From: an uncultured Pedosphaera sp.
Lineage (GTDB): Bacteria > Verrucomicrobiota > Verrucomicrobiia > Limisphaerales > AAA164-E04
Assembly: GCA_965214825.1 (NCBI GenBank)
Contig: OZ243981.1
Coordinates: 658,567 to 722,566 of the forward strand
Length of the DNA stretch: 64,000 nucleotides
Reading direction: 5' to 3'
A program made the position numbers and the translations under genes. A model generated the notes under the pieces. That model had not been told where the DNA came from, ran no database searches, and saw only the letters and a list, made by a program, of their open reading frames with translations. The stretch's first letter is position 1; each line of letters opens with the position of its first letter. Below, piece after piece: positions 39,509-49,200 of this stretch.

Positions 39509-41545
39509 ATGAAAAGAGAGTGTCTGTATATGCAGAAAATTTTCAATAATGTGATGCTGCCGGCGGCGCTTGTTTTGGCAGCGGGAGAGGTTTTGGCGAT
39601 GAACCCCCGAGGCATCGGCCGGGAGGCAGCGCTGAAGCAGCTCAAAGACCTCAAAGCGGCCGAAGGCTTGGAAGTCACGCTGTTCGCCTCAGAGCCTTTG
39701 GTGGTCAACCCGACCAATATCGACATCGACGCCCGCGGGAGAGTTTGGGTTGCGGAAGGCGCCAACTATCGGTTGTGGCAAAAATGGGGCAAGCTACGGC
39801 CGGGCGGCGATCGGATTGTGATTCTGGAGGACACGGACTTGGACGGAGCCGCTGACAAACAAACGGTTTACTACCAGGGCGACGACGTCAACGCCGCGCT
39901 GGGGATTTGCGTTTTGGGAAACCGGGTCATTGTCTCCTGCTCGCCGCAGGTGCTCCTGTTCACAGACACGGACGGCGATGACCAGCCGGACAAGAAAGAG
40001 ACACTCTTCTCAAAAATCAAAGGCGTCGATCACGACCATGGTGTTCACGCCTTCGTTTTCGGTCCCGACGGCCGCCTCTACTTCAACTTCGGGAATGACG
40101 GCAAACAAATCGCCGACAAAAACGGCGTCCTTCTCGCTGATCCTCAAGGCAACATTATCGCCGACAACCGAAAACCTTACCAACAAGGCATGGTGTTCCG
40201 ATGCTATCCCGATTTAAGCGGCTTCGAAGTCCTGGGACACAACTTCCGTAACAATTACGAAGTCTGCATCGATTCCTTTGGAACCCTTTGGCAGTCAGAC
40301 AATGACGACGACGGCAACCGAAGCGTGCGCATCAATTATGTCATGGAATACGGCAACTACGGTTACCGGGATGAAAAAACGGGCGCCGGTTGGCGGAAAG
40401 AACGGACGGGCTGGGCGGAGACTGTCCCCGAAAGACACTGGCATCTCAACGATCCCGGTGTGGTGCCCAACTTGCTGCAGACCGGCATGGGATCTCCCAC
40501 AGGCATCCTGTTCTACGAAGGCAAGCTGTTGCCGAAGAAATACCGCAACCAGATCATCCATTGCGATGCCGGCCCCCGTGTCGTCCGCGCCTATCTCGTG
40601 GAGCGATCGGGCGCAGGCTACCGCGCAACCTCGGCCAATATCCTGACCAGCGAGGACACCTGGTTTCGCCCCTCGGACGTGTGCACAGCCCCGGACGGCG
40701 CCCTGTTTGTTGCGGATTGGAACGATGCCGGTGTTGGCGGGCACAACATGGCCGACCACACGCTGGAAGGAATGAGCGGCAGAATCTACCGAGTGGCGCC
40801 CAAGGGCAACAAGCCTCAAACCCCCGCATACCGCCTGCAGCATCCCCGGGGAGCCGTCCGCGCACTCAAATCTCCGAACCTGGCTGCCCGCTATCTCGGC
40901 TGGACGGCATTGCGCGAAATGCAGGGCGAAGCGGAGGCTGCGCTGTTGGAAATGTGGCGGGGAAAAAGCCCAAAGTTTCGGGCCAGAGCGCTGCCCCTTC
41001 TCGCTCGAATCCGGGGCAAAACCGGCCACTATGTCCAACTCGGTGTCGAGGACAAGAACCCGAATATCCGAATCGCCGCCCTGCGAATTGCCAGAGAACG
41101 CAAGTTGGATTTAATCGAGTGGGTTGCCAAACTCGTTCGCGATCCCTCCCCTCAAGTGCGGCGGGAATGTGCCATTGCGCTGCGTTATGAGCCATCGAAA
41201 CAGGCGGCGGTTTTGTGGGCAGAGCTCGCGCGGCAACACAACGGCCGCGACCGCTGGTATTTGGAAGCGTTGGGGATTGGCGCGCACGGCCAGGAAGACC
41301 GCTATTTTTCGGCGTGGATGAAGAAGGCCGGCAGCGATTGGAACACCAAGGCCGGCCGGGACATTATCTGGCGGTCGCGGGCCAAGGAGACGCCGGCACT
41401 GTTAGTGCAGTTGATCCGGGATGCCTCTCTGCCGCAGGCGGAAAAGCTGCGTTACTTCCGGGCGATGGATTTCCTCGAAGGCCCGGAGAAGGATGCCGCT
41501 CTGGTTGAACTGTTGGCGGAAGAGAATGCTGGCGGCGCCGAATAA
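39509..41545 (+). CDS. PVC-type putative membrane-bound dehydrogenase domain protein with C-terminal HEAT repeats
   Basis: LEVTLFASEPLVVNPTNIDIDARGRVWVAEGANY is TIGR02604-like. HEAT-like repeats include NPNIRIAALRIARE and DPSPQVRRECAIALRY. ATG at 39509 or 39530. The 810-aa ORF from 39113 is an artefactual upstream extension. Confidence 0.75.
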   Translation: MKRECLYMQKIFNNVMLPAALVLAAGEVLAMNPRGIGREAALKQLKDLKAAEGLEVTLFASEPLVVNPTNIDIDARGRVWVAEGANYRLWQKWGKLRPGGDRIVILEDTDLDGAADKQTVYYQGDDVNAALGICVLGNRVIVSCSPQVLLFTDTDGDDQPDKKETLFSKIKGVDHDHGVHAFVFGPDGRLYFNFGNDGKQIADKNGVLLADPQGNIIADNRKPYQQGMVFRCYPDLSGFEVLGHNFRNNYEVCIDSFGTLWQSDNDDDGNRSVRINYVMEYGNYGYRDEKTGAGWRKERTGWAETVPERHWHLNDPGVVPNLLQTGMGSPTGILFYEGKLLPKKYRNQIIHCDAGPRVVRAYLVERSGAGYRATSANILTSEDTWFRPSDVCTAPDGALFVADWNDAGVGGHNMADHTLEGMSGRIYRVAPKGNKPQTPAYRLQHPRGAVRALKSPNLAARYLGWTALREMQGEAEAALLEMWRGKSPKFRARALPLLARIRGKTGHYVQLGVEDKNPNIRIAALRIARERKLDLIEWVAKLVRDPSPQVRRECAIALRYEPSKQAAVLWAELARQHNGRDRWYLEALGIGAHGQEDRYFSAWMKKAGSDWNTKAGRDIIWRSRAKETPALLVQLIRDASLPQAEKLRYFRAMDFLEGPEKDAALVELLAEENAGGAE

Positions 41546-41565
41546 CCGTCTCCGATTGTGCCGGC

Positions 41566-42849
41566 TTGCTTCCAAGGGCCGGTCGCCTGATGTTCGCGCT
41601 GTTCTTCGCCGTTTGCGCGTTATCAACATTCAGTCCGCCGGAAAGAGTTGCCCCCATGAGCGGCGAGTTGGAACAAGTTGAAAAAGGCGGTTGGTGGCGG
41701 TCGGCACTTGTGATCCTGGCGGCGTTTGGGGCAGGCTATTGGCTCTTCAAAACAGGCCCTGAAACGGCGACTGAGGAAGAGACACGGCCGCCGAAAATTG
41801 TCAAGACGGTGTCTCCCGTGCCGGCTGCGCAGCGCATTTCGGTGGTGGCTTACGGTTCGGTAGTGCCGGCGCGGCGGGTGGTGGTGAAGCCGTTGGTGAG
41901 TGGGCAGATTTTGGAGCAGCATCCGGAGCTAATTCCCGGGGGATTTGTGCCGGAAGGGGCGGAGCTGTTCAAGTTGGATGCGCGTTTGCTGCGCTTGGAC
42001 GTTCAAGAAGCATCTGCGGCAGTGGATCGGGCCGAGGCTTTGTTGAAAGAGGCGCAACGCAAGCGGGAGGAAGCCTTGCTGCTGGCTCAGGTGCAAGTCA
42101 TTGCCAGCACGGAATTGGCCGCTCTCGAATCGCAGGTGGAGATGCAATCGGCCGAGCTGCGGCGCTTGCAGGCCGTTCGGGAGCGGAATGAGGAGTTGCT
42201 GCGCCGGCATGTTCTGCGGGCACCATTCAATGCGGTGGTGCTGGAAGAGGCGGTCGAGGTGGGGCAGCATGTCGAGCCCGGATTTGCCGCCGCCACCTTG
42301 GCGGGCGCGGATGCGTTTTGGGCGCGGGTTTCCTTATCGGCGGAGAAGTTACGTTGGATTCAACTGCCAAAGGAGGGACAAGAAGGCGCACGGGTAACGG
42401 TTTATCTGGATACGGGCGGCGGGCGAACAGTTCGCCGCGCCGGGCGGGTGGTGCGGCTCTTGAGCGATCTTGAACAGGAAGGGCGCATGGCGCGGATATT
42501 GGTGCGCATCCCGGACCCGATGAGGTTGAACGGGCGGAGGGACGATCCCCCTTTGCTGCTCGGCAGTTATGTCCGGGCGGAGATTGACGCCGGCGTGTTA
42601 GAGGGCGTGCTGGAGGTGCGGCGGGAAGCGCTGCGGGAAGGCGGCCAAATCTGGATCAGCGACTCGAACGGCGAGTTGCAGATTCGCCGTGTGCAGGTGT
42701 TGTGGCGCCGCGATGAAAAGGTTTATTTGAACAATGTTCTCGAACCGGGCGAATCCATCATCATCAGTCCACTGCGGGCGGCTTTGCCGGGGATGAAGCT
42801 CAATCCGCAGCCGGCGGACGGCGAGCCGCCGGGCGAATTCCAAGAGTGA
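41566..42849 (+). CDS. efflux RND transporter periplasmic adaptor subunit
   Basis: N-terminal TM segment, coiled-coil hairpin (AEALLKEAQRKREEALLLAQ..ELRRLQAVRERNEELL) and beta-barrel C-terminus. Immediately upstream of the RND pump. ATG alternative at 41656. Confidence 0.8.
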   Translation: MLPRAGRLMFALFFAVCALSTFSPPERVAPMSGELEQVEKGGWWRSALVILAAFGAGYWLFKTGPETATEEETRPPKIVKTVSPVPAAQRISVVAYGSVVPARRVVVKPLVSGQILEQHPELIPGGFVPEGAELFKLDARLLRLDVQEASAAVDRAEALLKEAQRKREEALLLAQVQVIASTELAALESQVEMQSAELRRLQAVRERNEELLRRHVLRAPFNAVVLEEAVEVGQHVEPGFAAATLAGADAFWARVSLSAEKLRWIQLPKEGQEGARVTVYLDTGGGRTVRRAGRVVRLLSDLEQEGRMARILVRIPDPMRLNGRRDDPPLLLGSYVRAEIDAGVLEGVLEVRREALREGGQIWISDSNGELQIRRVQVLWRRDEKVYLNNVLEPGESIIISPLRAALPGMKLNPQPADGEPPGEFQE

Positions 42850-42856
42850 GGTTCAG

Positions 42857-45800
42857 ATGGCGCGTTCCTGGCAACAATTTGAAAAGGCAGGACTCTTAGG
42901 CTGGTTTGCCCGCAACCCTGTAGCGGCAAATTTGTTGATGATCGCCGTGGTTGCCGCCGGGCTTTTGGCTGCCCACCACATCCGCCAGGAGATTTACCCG
43001 ACTTACACCTTGGATATTGTGCAAATTGAGGTGCGGTATCGGGGGGCAAGTCCGGCGGAGGTGGAGCAAGCGATCCTCCTGCCGATTGAATCGGAGCTGC
43101 GGGGGATGGAAATCCTCCGCGAGATTCGCTCGCGTGCGAGCGAAGGGCGGGCATCGGTCTCGGCTGAGTTGATTCCGGGCACGGACCGGAATCGCGGGCT
43201 GCAGGAAGTAACGGCGGCGGTGCAGCGCATTGATCTTTTTCCTGAAGGAGCGGAGCCGCCAGTTGTTTCTTTGGACGGGGCGCGACGGCGGGGCGTGTTG
43301 TATCTCTCGATTTACGGCGACTTGGACGAGCACGGATTGTTGGCGTTTGCCCGGCAAATCGAGGAGGGGCTGCTTTCGAGGCCGGAAGTCTCTCTGGTCG
43401 AGTTACGCGGTGTGCGAAGCCCGGAGATTCGCATTGAGATTCCGCCAGAGAAGCTGCGGTCGCTGCGGCTGCGGCTGGAGGATATTTCGCGGGCAGTGGA
43501 TGCTTCGGCTCTCGATGTGCCTGCCGGCTCGATCAAGACTCCGAGCGGCGATTTTCTTTTGAAGACGAGCGAGCGGCGAGATTTTGCCAAGGAGTTTGGA
43601 GAGATTGCGATTCTCAGCAAAGCTGATGGAACCAAGGTGCTTTTGCGGGACATTGCTGAAATTACTGACGATTTTGAAGAGTCGGACGCTGAAAGCTACT
43701 TCAACGGGCGGCCGTCTATCTGGCTGGCGGTTTACAGTTCTGAGACGCAGTCGCCGCTTGCCGTGGCCCGCGCCGTGCGGGAGCACATCGAACGCGAGAA
43801 GCCGCATCTGCCGCCGAGTGTGGGCATGGCAGTAACCTATGATCGGTCGCACAGTTACGCCGAGCGCATGGACATGCTGCTGAAGAATGGTGCTTTGGGT
43901 CTGCTGTTGGTTCTTCTTGCCTTGGGGTTGTTTTTGGAATTGCGGGTGGCTTTTTGGACGGCGGCGGGAATCCCGGTGTCGATTTTGGGTTCTCTTTTTT
44001 TGCTGCCGGCGATGGATGCCAGCATCAACATGCTTTCGCTGTTTGGGTTCATCGTCACTTTGGGGATTGTGGTGGATGATGCGGTGGTGGTCGGCGAGGA
44101 TATCTTTCACAAGATGTGTTTGGGGATGAGCCGGTTGGAGGCGGCGATTGAGGGCGTGAAAGAGATGGCAGTGCCGGTGGTGTTTGCGGTCTCCACCAAC
44201 ATCATTGCTTTCTTGCCTTTGTTGTTTGTTCCGGGGGCGACGGGGCGGTTCTTTTTTGTGTTGCCGGCTGTGGTGATTGCTGTGTTTTCGGTGTCGTTGA
44301 TCGAATGTCTGCTGATTTTGCCGGCGCATTTGGCGCATCGAAGCGGGCGTCAGGGGACGAAGTGGTTTCAACTTTTCCATGTTTGGCAAACGGCGCTGCG
44401 GTTGCGCATCGACAGGGCCATTGACCAATGGTATGGCCCTGTGGTTCGATTAGTGGCGCGGCATCGGCTGTTCACCTGCGCGGTATTTCTAGCGGGGCTT
44501 TGCGTGTCGGCGGGATACACCTTCAGCGGCCGGGTGAACTTTGCCTTTCGGCCTTCGATCGAAACGCCGTTTATTCAAGCCGAAGTCGAAACGCCAGCGG
44601 GCACTCCGGTGTCCCGCATCCGGGAGATTTGCTTTCAAGTCGAAGCGGCGGCGCGGGAGGCACTCCGGCAAAACGGCGAGCCAGGCATCCTGGTTGGAAT
44701 CACCGTCGGGTTGAAATACCGCGGGTTCAACGGCGGCGAAGTCTCCGTCCGCTTGGTTCCCCAAAGCGGTCGGCGCATCACAGCCGAGCAATTCGCCAAC
44801 CTCTGGCGGAAAACCATTCCAGACATCCCCGACGTCGAATCCATCTTTTTCGACTATCTAATCGGCCCAGGCGGTTCCGCGGAAATTGACATTCAAATCG
44901 CGCATCCGGAAGTGGCCGTGCTACGGCAAGCGGCAGCAGAAGTGGCGGCGGCCATCGGCAAGTATCCCGGAGTTGAAGACGTCAAAAAAGGATTTGGGCG
45001 CGAAATGCCGCAATTTAACTTCGAGATCAAGCCGGAGGGACGCAGCCTGGGCCTCACCACGCGAGAACTCGGCCAGCAGATTCGCCATGCGTTCTACGGC
45101 GCTGAAGCCTTGCGCCAACCGCGCGACCGGGAAGAACTTCGCGTCATGATTAAATACCCTCAAACGGAGCGAAAGTCCTTGAGCGGCCTGGAGAATCTGC
45201 TGATTCGAACGCCCGGCGGCGGCGAAATCCCCCTGCGCCAAGCAGCGAAAGTCATCCCCGCCTCGGCGCCCACTCGAATCGAACGAGTCAACGGTTCGCG
45301 CGTGCACAACATCACCGCCAACGTAACGCCCGGCATCACGACCGGAAACAAGGCGCTTGCCGCTTTTGCCCGAACCGAACTCCCGGCCATCCTGGCCAAA
45401 TATCCCGGACTGCAATACAGCTTCGAAGGCGAACAACGTGAACAGCGCGATTCCATGGCCAATTTATACTGGGGCTTGCTGTTCTCCTTATTCGCCATTT
45501 ATGCATTGATGGCGGCGCTCCTGCGAAGCTACATCCAAGCGATCATCGTCCTTCTGATGATCCCCTGGAGCCTATCGGGAGCCGTGCTCGGGCATGTCAT
45601 CATGGGGTTTGACCTGAGTGTGTTCAGCATCTTCGGAATGCTTGCCTTGTGCGGGATGGTGGTCAACGGCGCCTTTGTCCTGGCTGTGACGCGGAACCAG
45701 TATCTGCGCGAAGGAAAGAGCCCGGCCGAGTCCGTCCTCTTGGCGGCACAGCGGCGCTTTCGCCCGATTCTCTTGACGGCGCTGACAACATTCCTAGGCT

Positions 45801-46006
45801 TGCTGCCGATGATTTTCGAAACCAGCATACAAGCGCTCTTTCTCGTGCCGATGGCCATTGCTTTGGGCGCCGGCACGCTGGTTTCCGCCGCAGTGGTCCT
45901 AACTCTCATCCCCGCCTTGATGCTGATAGCCGAAGACCTCGGCTTGGAAACCTTGTCCGAGCGATTGCAACAAGAAGGCAGGATGTTTCCCCCAACCTAT
46001 CCCTGA
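42857..46006 (+). CDS. efflux RND transporter permease (AcrB/AcrD/AcrF family)
   Basis: 1049 aa with the 12-TM layout. FGFIVTLGIVVDDAVVVGEDI and ALCGMVVNGAFVLAV are typical of TM4/TM10 regions. Confidence 0.9.
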   Translation: MARSWQQFEKAGLLGWFARNPVAANLLMIAVVAAGLLAAHHIRQEIYPTYTLDIVQIEVRYRGASPAEVEQAILLPIESELRGMEILREIRSRASEGRASVSAELIPGTDRNRGLQEVTAAVQRIDLFPEGAEPPVVSLDGARRRGVLYLSIYGDLDEHGLLAFARQIEEGLLSRPEVSLVELRGVRSPEIRIEIPPEKLRSLRLRLEDISRAVDASALDVPAGSIKTPSGDFLLKTSERRDFAKEFGEIAILSKADGTKVLLRDIAEITDDFEESDAESYFNGRPSIWLAVYSSETQSPLAVARAVREHIEREKPHLPPSVGMAVTYDRSHSYAERMDMLLKNGALGLLLVLLALGLFLELRVAFWTAAGIPVSILGSLFLLPAMDASINMLSLFGFIVTLGIVVDDAVVVGEDIFHKMCLGMSRLEAAIEGVKEMAVPVVFAVSTNIIAFLPLLFVPGATGRFFFVLPAVVIAVFSVSLIECLLILPAHLAHRSGRQGTKWFQLFHVWQTALRLRIDRAIDQWYGPVVRLVARHRLFTCAVFLAGLCVSAGYTFSGRVNFAFRPSIETPFIQAEVETPAGTPVSRIREICFQVEAAAREALRQNGEPGILVGITVGLKYRGFNGGEVSVRLVPQSGRRITAEQFANLWRKTIPDIPDVESIFFDYLIGPGGSAEIDIQIAHPEVAVLRQAAAEVAAAIGKYPGVEDVKKGFGREMPQFNFEIKPEGRSLGLTTRELGQQIRHAFYGAEALRQPRDREELRVMIKYPQTERKSLSGLENLLIRTPGGGEIPLRQAAKVIPASAPTRIERVNGSRVHNITANVTPGITTGNKALAAFARTELPAILAKYPGLQYSFEGEQREQRDSMANLYWGLLFSLFAIYALMAALLRSYIQAIIVLLMIPWSLSGAVLGHVIMGFDLSVFSIFGMLALCGMVVNGAFVLAVTRNQYLREGKSPAESVLLAAQRRFRPILLTALTTFLGLLPMIFETSIQALFLVPMAIALGAGTLVSAAVVLTLIPALMLIAEDLGLETLSERLQQEGRMFPPTYP

Positions 46007-46055
46007 CCCGGCAGCGACGCCCTTTCCCGCTGCGGGAAAAGTGGAGAAATTCTTT

Positions 46056-46232
46056 CGCAAAAAGCATTTACGGGCTTAACAGGGTGACGCGCAGGCACAT
46101 GTGGCGCAGGCACTTGACCGGTTGACCGGCACCTGCCTTGACAAAAAATCCAATCCTGTGCCTCCTGCAAATCTATATGTCCCGAACTAAATCGCCCTCC
46201 ATAACCATTAAAGCCCATAAATGCTTATTGCG
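46056..46232. mobile_element. MITE-like terminal sub-element of unit B (177 bp)
   Basis: CGCAAAAAGCATTTACGGGCTT at 46056 and AAGCCCATAAATGCTTATTGCG at 46211-46232. Its right 120 bp is the reverse complement of 4428-4550. Confidence 0.55.
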
Positions 46233-46297
46233 AAAAAAACTGTGGACAAAACACCGCCGAACCGTTAAGACAAACCCGCAACAGAAAACCGCCAATA

Positions 46298-49200
46298 ATG
46301 AAACTGAAAGACACTGCAGCTATGAAACCATTATCCGTTATCCTCTCGAAACTGGTGGCAACCGCCGCCAACAAAACCGCCAAACCGCAACCCATCAAAA
46401 ACAGGCCAACATCGCCGCATCGAATCGGCTTGGCTTTGGCCCTCGCCCTCACCCTCCCAGCCGCCGCCCAAACCCTCACCATCACCGGAACCAAAACCGA
46501 CGGCAGCGCCTTCAGCCGGCAAGTCAATCCCAACACGACATCTCTGGATCTCAGATATCTTAACCTGGTTTCCCTAACCCTGCCCGATGGCTTGACCAGC
46601 TTGCAGAGGCTGGATCTCTACAAAAACCTCCTGACCACCTTGACCCTGCCCGATGGCTTGACCAGCTTGACGAGGCTGGATATCCGCCACAACCGCCTAA
46701 CCACCTTGACCCTGCCCGATGGCTTGGCAAACTTGCAGGGTCTGGGTCTCAGCCACAACCGACTGAGCACCTTGACCCTGCCCGATGGCTTGGCAAACTT
46801 GCAGGACCTGTCTCTCCACAACAACCGCCTAACCACCTTGACCCTGCCCGATGGCTTGGCAAACTTGCAGAGTCTGAGTCTCGGCGACAACCGACTGAGC
46901 ACCTTGACCCTGCCCGATGACTTGACCAACTTGGAGGACCTGAGTCTCCCCCGCAACCGCCTAACCGCCTTGACCCTGCCCGACAGCTTGACCAACTTGC
47001 AGGGTCTGTATCTCCGCGACAACCAACTGACCTCCCTGACCTTGCCCGTCGGCCTGGATAGCTTGAAGGATCTTGAACTCTGGGGCAATCCTTTGGAGAG
47101 TTTGCGTATGCCTCTGGGCATGGACATTGAATTTCTCGATCTTCAAGGCTTCCCGAAATCCGAGGTTACATTCTATGACCCGGCAACCGAGAAACCTCCT
47201 GCCCTCACGGGAACCCACAGTGACGGCAGCGATTTCCGCCGGGAAGTCGCCACCAGCGCCGCCTCTCTAAATCTTGCCGACAATGGCTTGACCAGCTTAA
47301 CTTTGCCGGACGGTTTGGCAAATTTGCAGGAGCTGAATCTCGCCGACAATGGCCTGACGAGTCTGGCCTTGCCGGAGGACTTAACGAGCTTGCAGGAGCT
47401 GGTTCTTTTCAACAACCAACTGACCAACCTGACTTTGCCGGAGAATTCGGCGAACCTGCGGGAGTTGTATCTCGCCGACAATGGCTTGACCGCTCTGAAC
47501 CTGCCAGAGGGTTTGGCAAACTTGCGGACGCTGGTTCTCAAAGACAACCAACTGACCAATCTGACCTTGCCCGAAGGGTTGACAAACTTGCGAGTGCTGG
47601 TTCTCAACGACAATCCTTTGGAGAGTGTGCGGGTGCCTCAAGGATTGGACATTGAAAATATCCTTCTCGTTGGTTTCCCAAAATCAGAAGTGACCTTCTA
47701 CGATCCCGCGACCGGAGAAATGATTGCGCCGCCGCCAACCGGAGAACCGCCCACGACTGGGACATTCATTACCCTCACCGGAACGACAAGCGCTGGCAGC
47801 GATTTTCGTTTGGAGGTCGATGCCGACACGGAGTTTTTGTCTCTCTCCGACAATCTACTGATTTCCCTCACCGTGCCCAATGGCCTAGAGAACTTGCAGC
47901 AGCTGCACCTCTTCGACAATCAACTCTCTTTCATAACTTTGCCCGATGGTTTGACGAACTTGCAGCACCTGTATCTCTTTGGCAATCAACTAACTAACTT
48001 GGCCTTGCCGGAGGGCTTGGAAAATTTGCAGCGGCTGTATCTCTTCGACAATCAGTTGACCAATCTGACCTTGCCCGAGGGTTTAATGAACTTGCGAGTG
48101 CTGGTTCTCAACGACAATCCTTTGGAGAGTGTGCGGGCGCCTCAAGGATTGGACATTGAAAATATCCTTCTCGTTGGTTTCTCCAAATCAGAAGTGACCT
48201 TCTACGATCCCGCGACCGGAGAGACGATTGCGCCGCCGCCAACCGGCCAAACTCTGACGGTCACCGGTGCCATAAGCGGCGGCAAGCCTTTCAGCCGGCA
48301 GGTTCCTGCCGACGCAGAGTCTCTCTCTCTCGACAACAATCAACTGACCTCCTTGATCTTGCCTAGCGGCTTGGAGAACTTGAAGTCTCTCTACCTCTCC
48401 AAAAATCGCTTCACTTCCTTGACCTTACCCGCCGACTTAAAGAACCTGCAGACTTTGTTTCTCTACGACAATCCTTTGGAGAGTTTGCATATACCGCTAG
48501 ACATGGATATTGAAAATCTTGTGCTTGGAGGTTTCCCAAAATCAGAAGTGACCTTCTACGATCCCGCGACCGGAGAGACGATTGCGCCGCCGCCAACCGG
48601 AGAACCGCCCACGACTGGGACATTCATTACCCTCACCGGGACGACAAGCGCTGGCAGCGATTTTCGTTTGGAGGTCGATGCCGACACGGAGTTTTTGTCT
48701 CTCTCCGACAATCTACTGACTTCCCTCACCGTGCCCGCTGGCCTGGAGAACTTGCAGCGGTTGCACCTCTTCGACAATCAACTCTCTTTCATAACTTTGC
48801 CCGATGGTTTGACGAACTTGCAGCATCTGTATCTCTTTGGCAATCAACTGACTAACTTGGCCTTGCCGGAGGGCCTGGAAGATTTGCAGCGGCTGTATCT
48901 CTTCGACAATCAGTTGACCAATCTGACTTTGCCCGAGGGTTTAATGAACTTGCGAGTGCTGGTTCTCTACGACAATCCTTTGGAGAGTTTGCATATACCG
49001 CTAGACATGGACATTGAAAATATTCTTCTCGTTGGTTTCCCAAAATCAGAAGTGACCTTCTACGATCCCGCGACTGGAGAGACGATTGCGCCGCCGCCAA
49101 CCGGCCAAACTCTGACGGTCACTGGTGCCATAAGCGGCGGCAAGCCTTTCAGCCGGCGGGTTCCTGCCGACGCAGAGTCTCTCTCTCTCGACAACAATCA

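Noticed and set aside
43403-44428. Long ORFs antisense to or overlapping confident genes, for example 458..1354(-), 16567..17703(+), 17858..18685(-), 40295..41038(-), 43403..44428(-), 53180..54067(-), 55817..56827(+), 60413..61147(-) and 62841..63698(-).
   Set aside because: Each lies opposite a gene with strong family motifs. Their translations are low-complexity and Arg/Pro/Gly-rich, as expected for shadow frames in GC-rich DNA. None has a recognisable motif.
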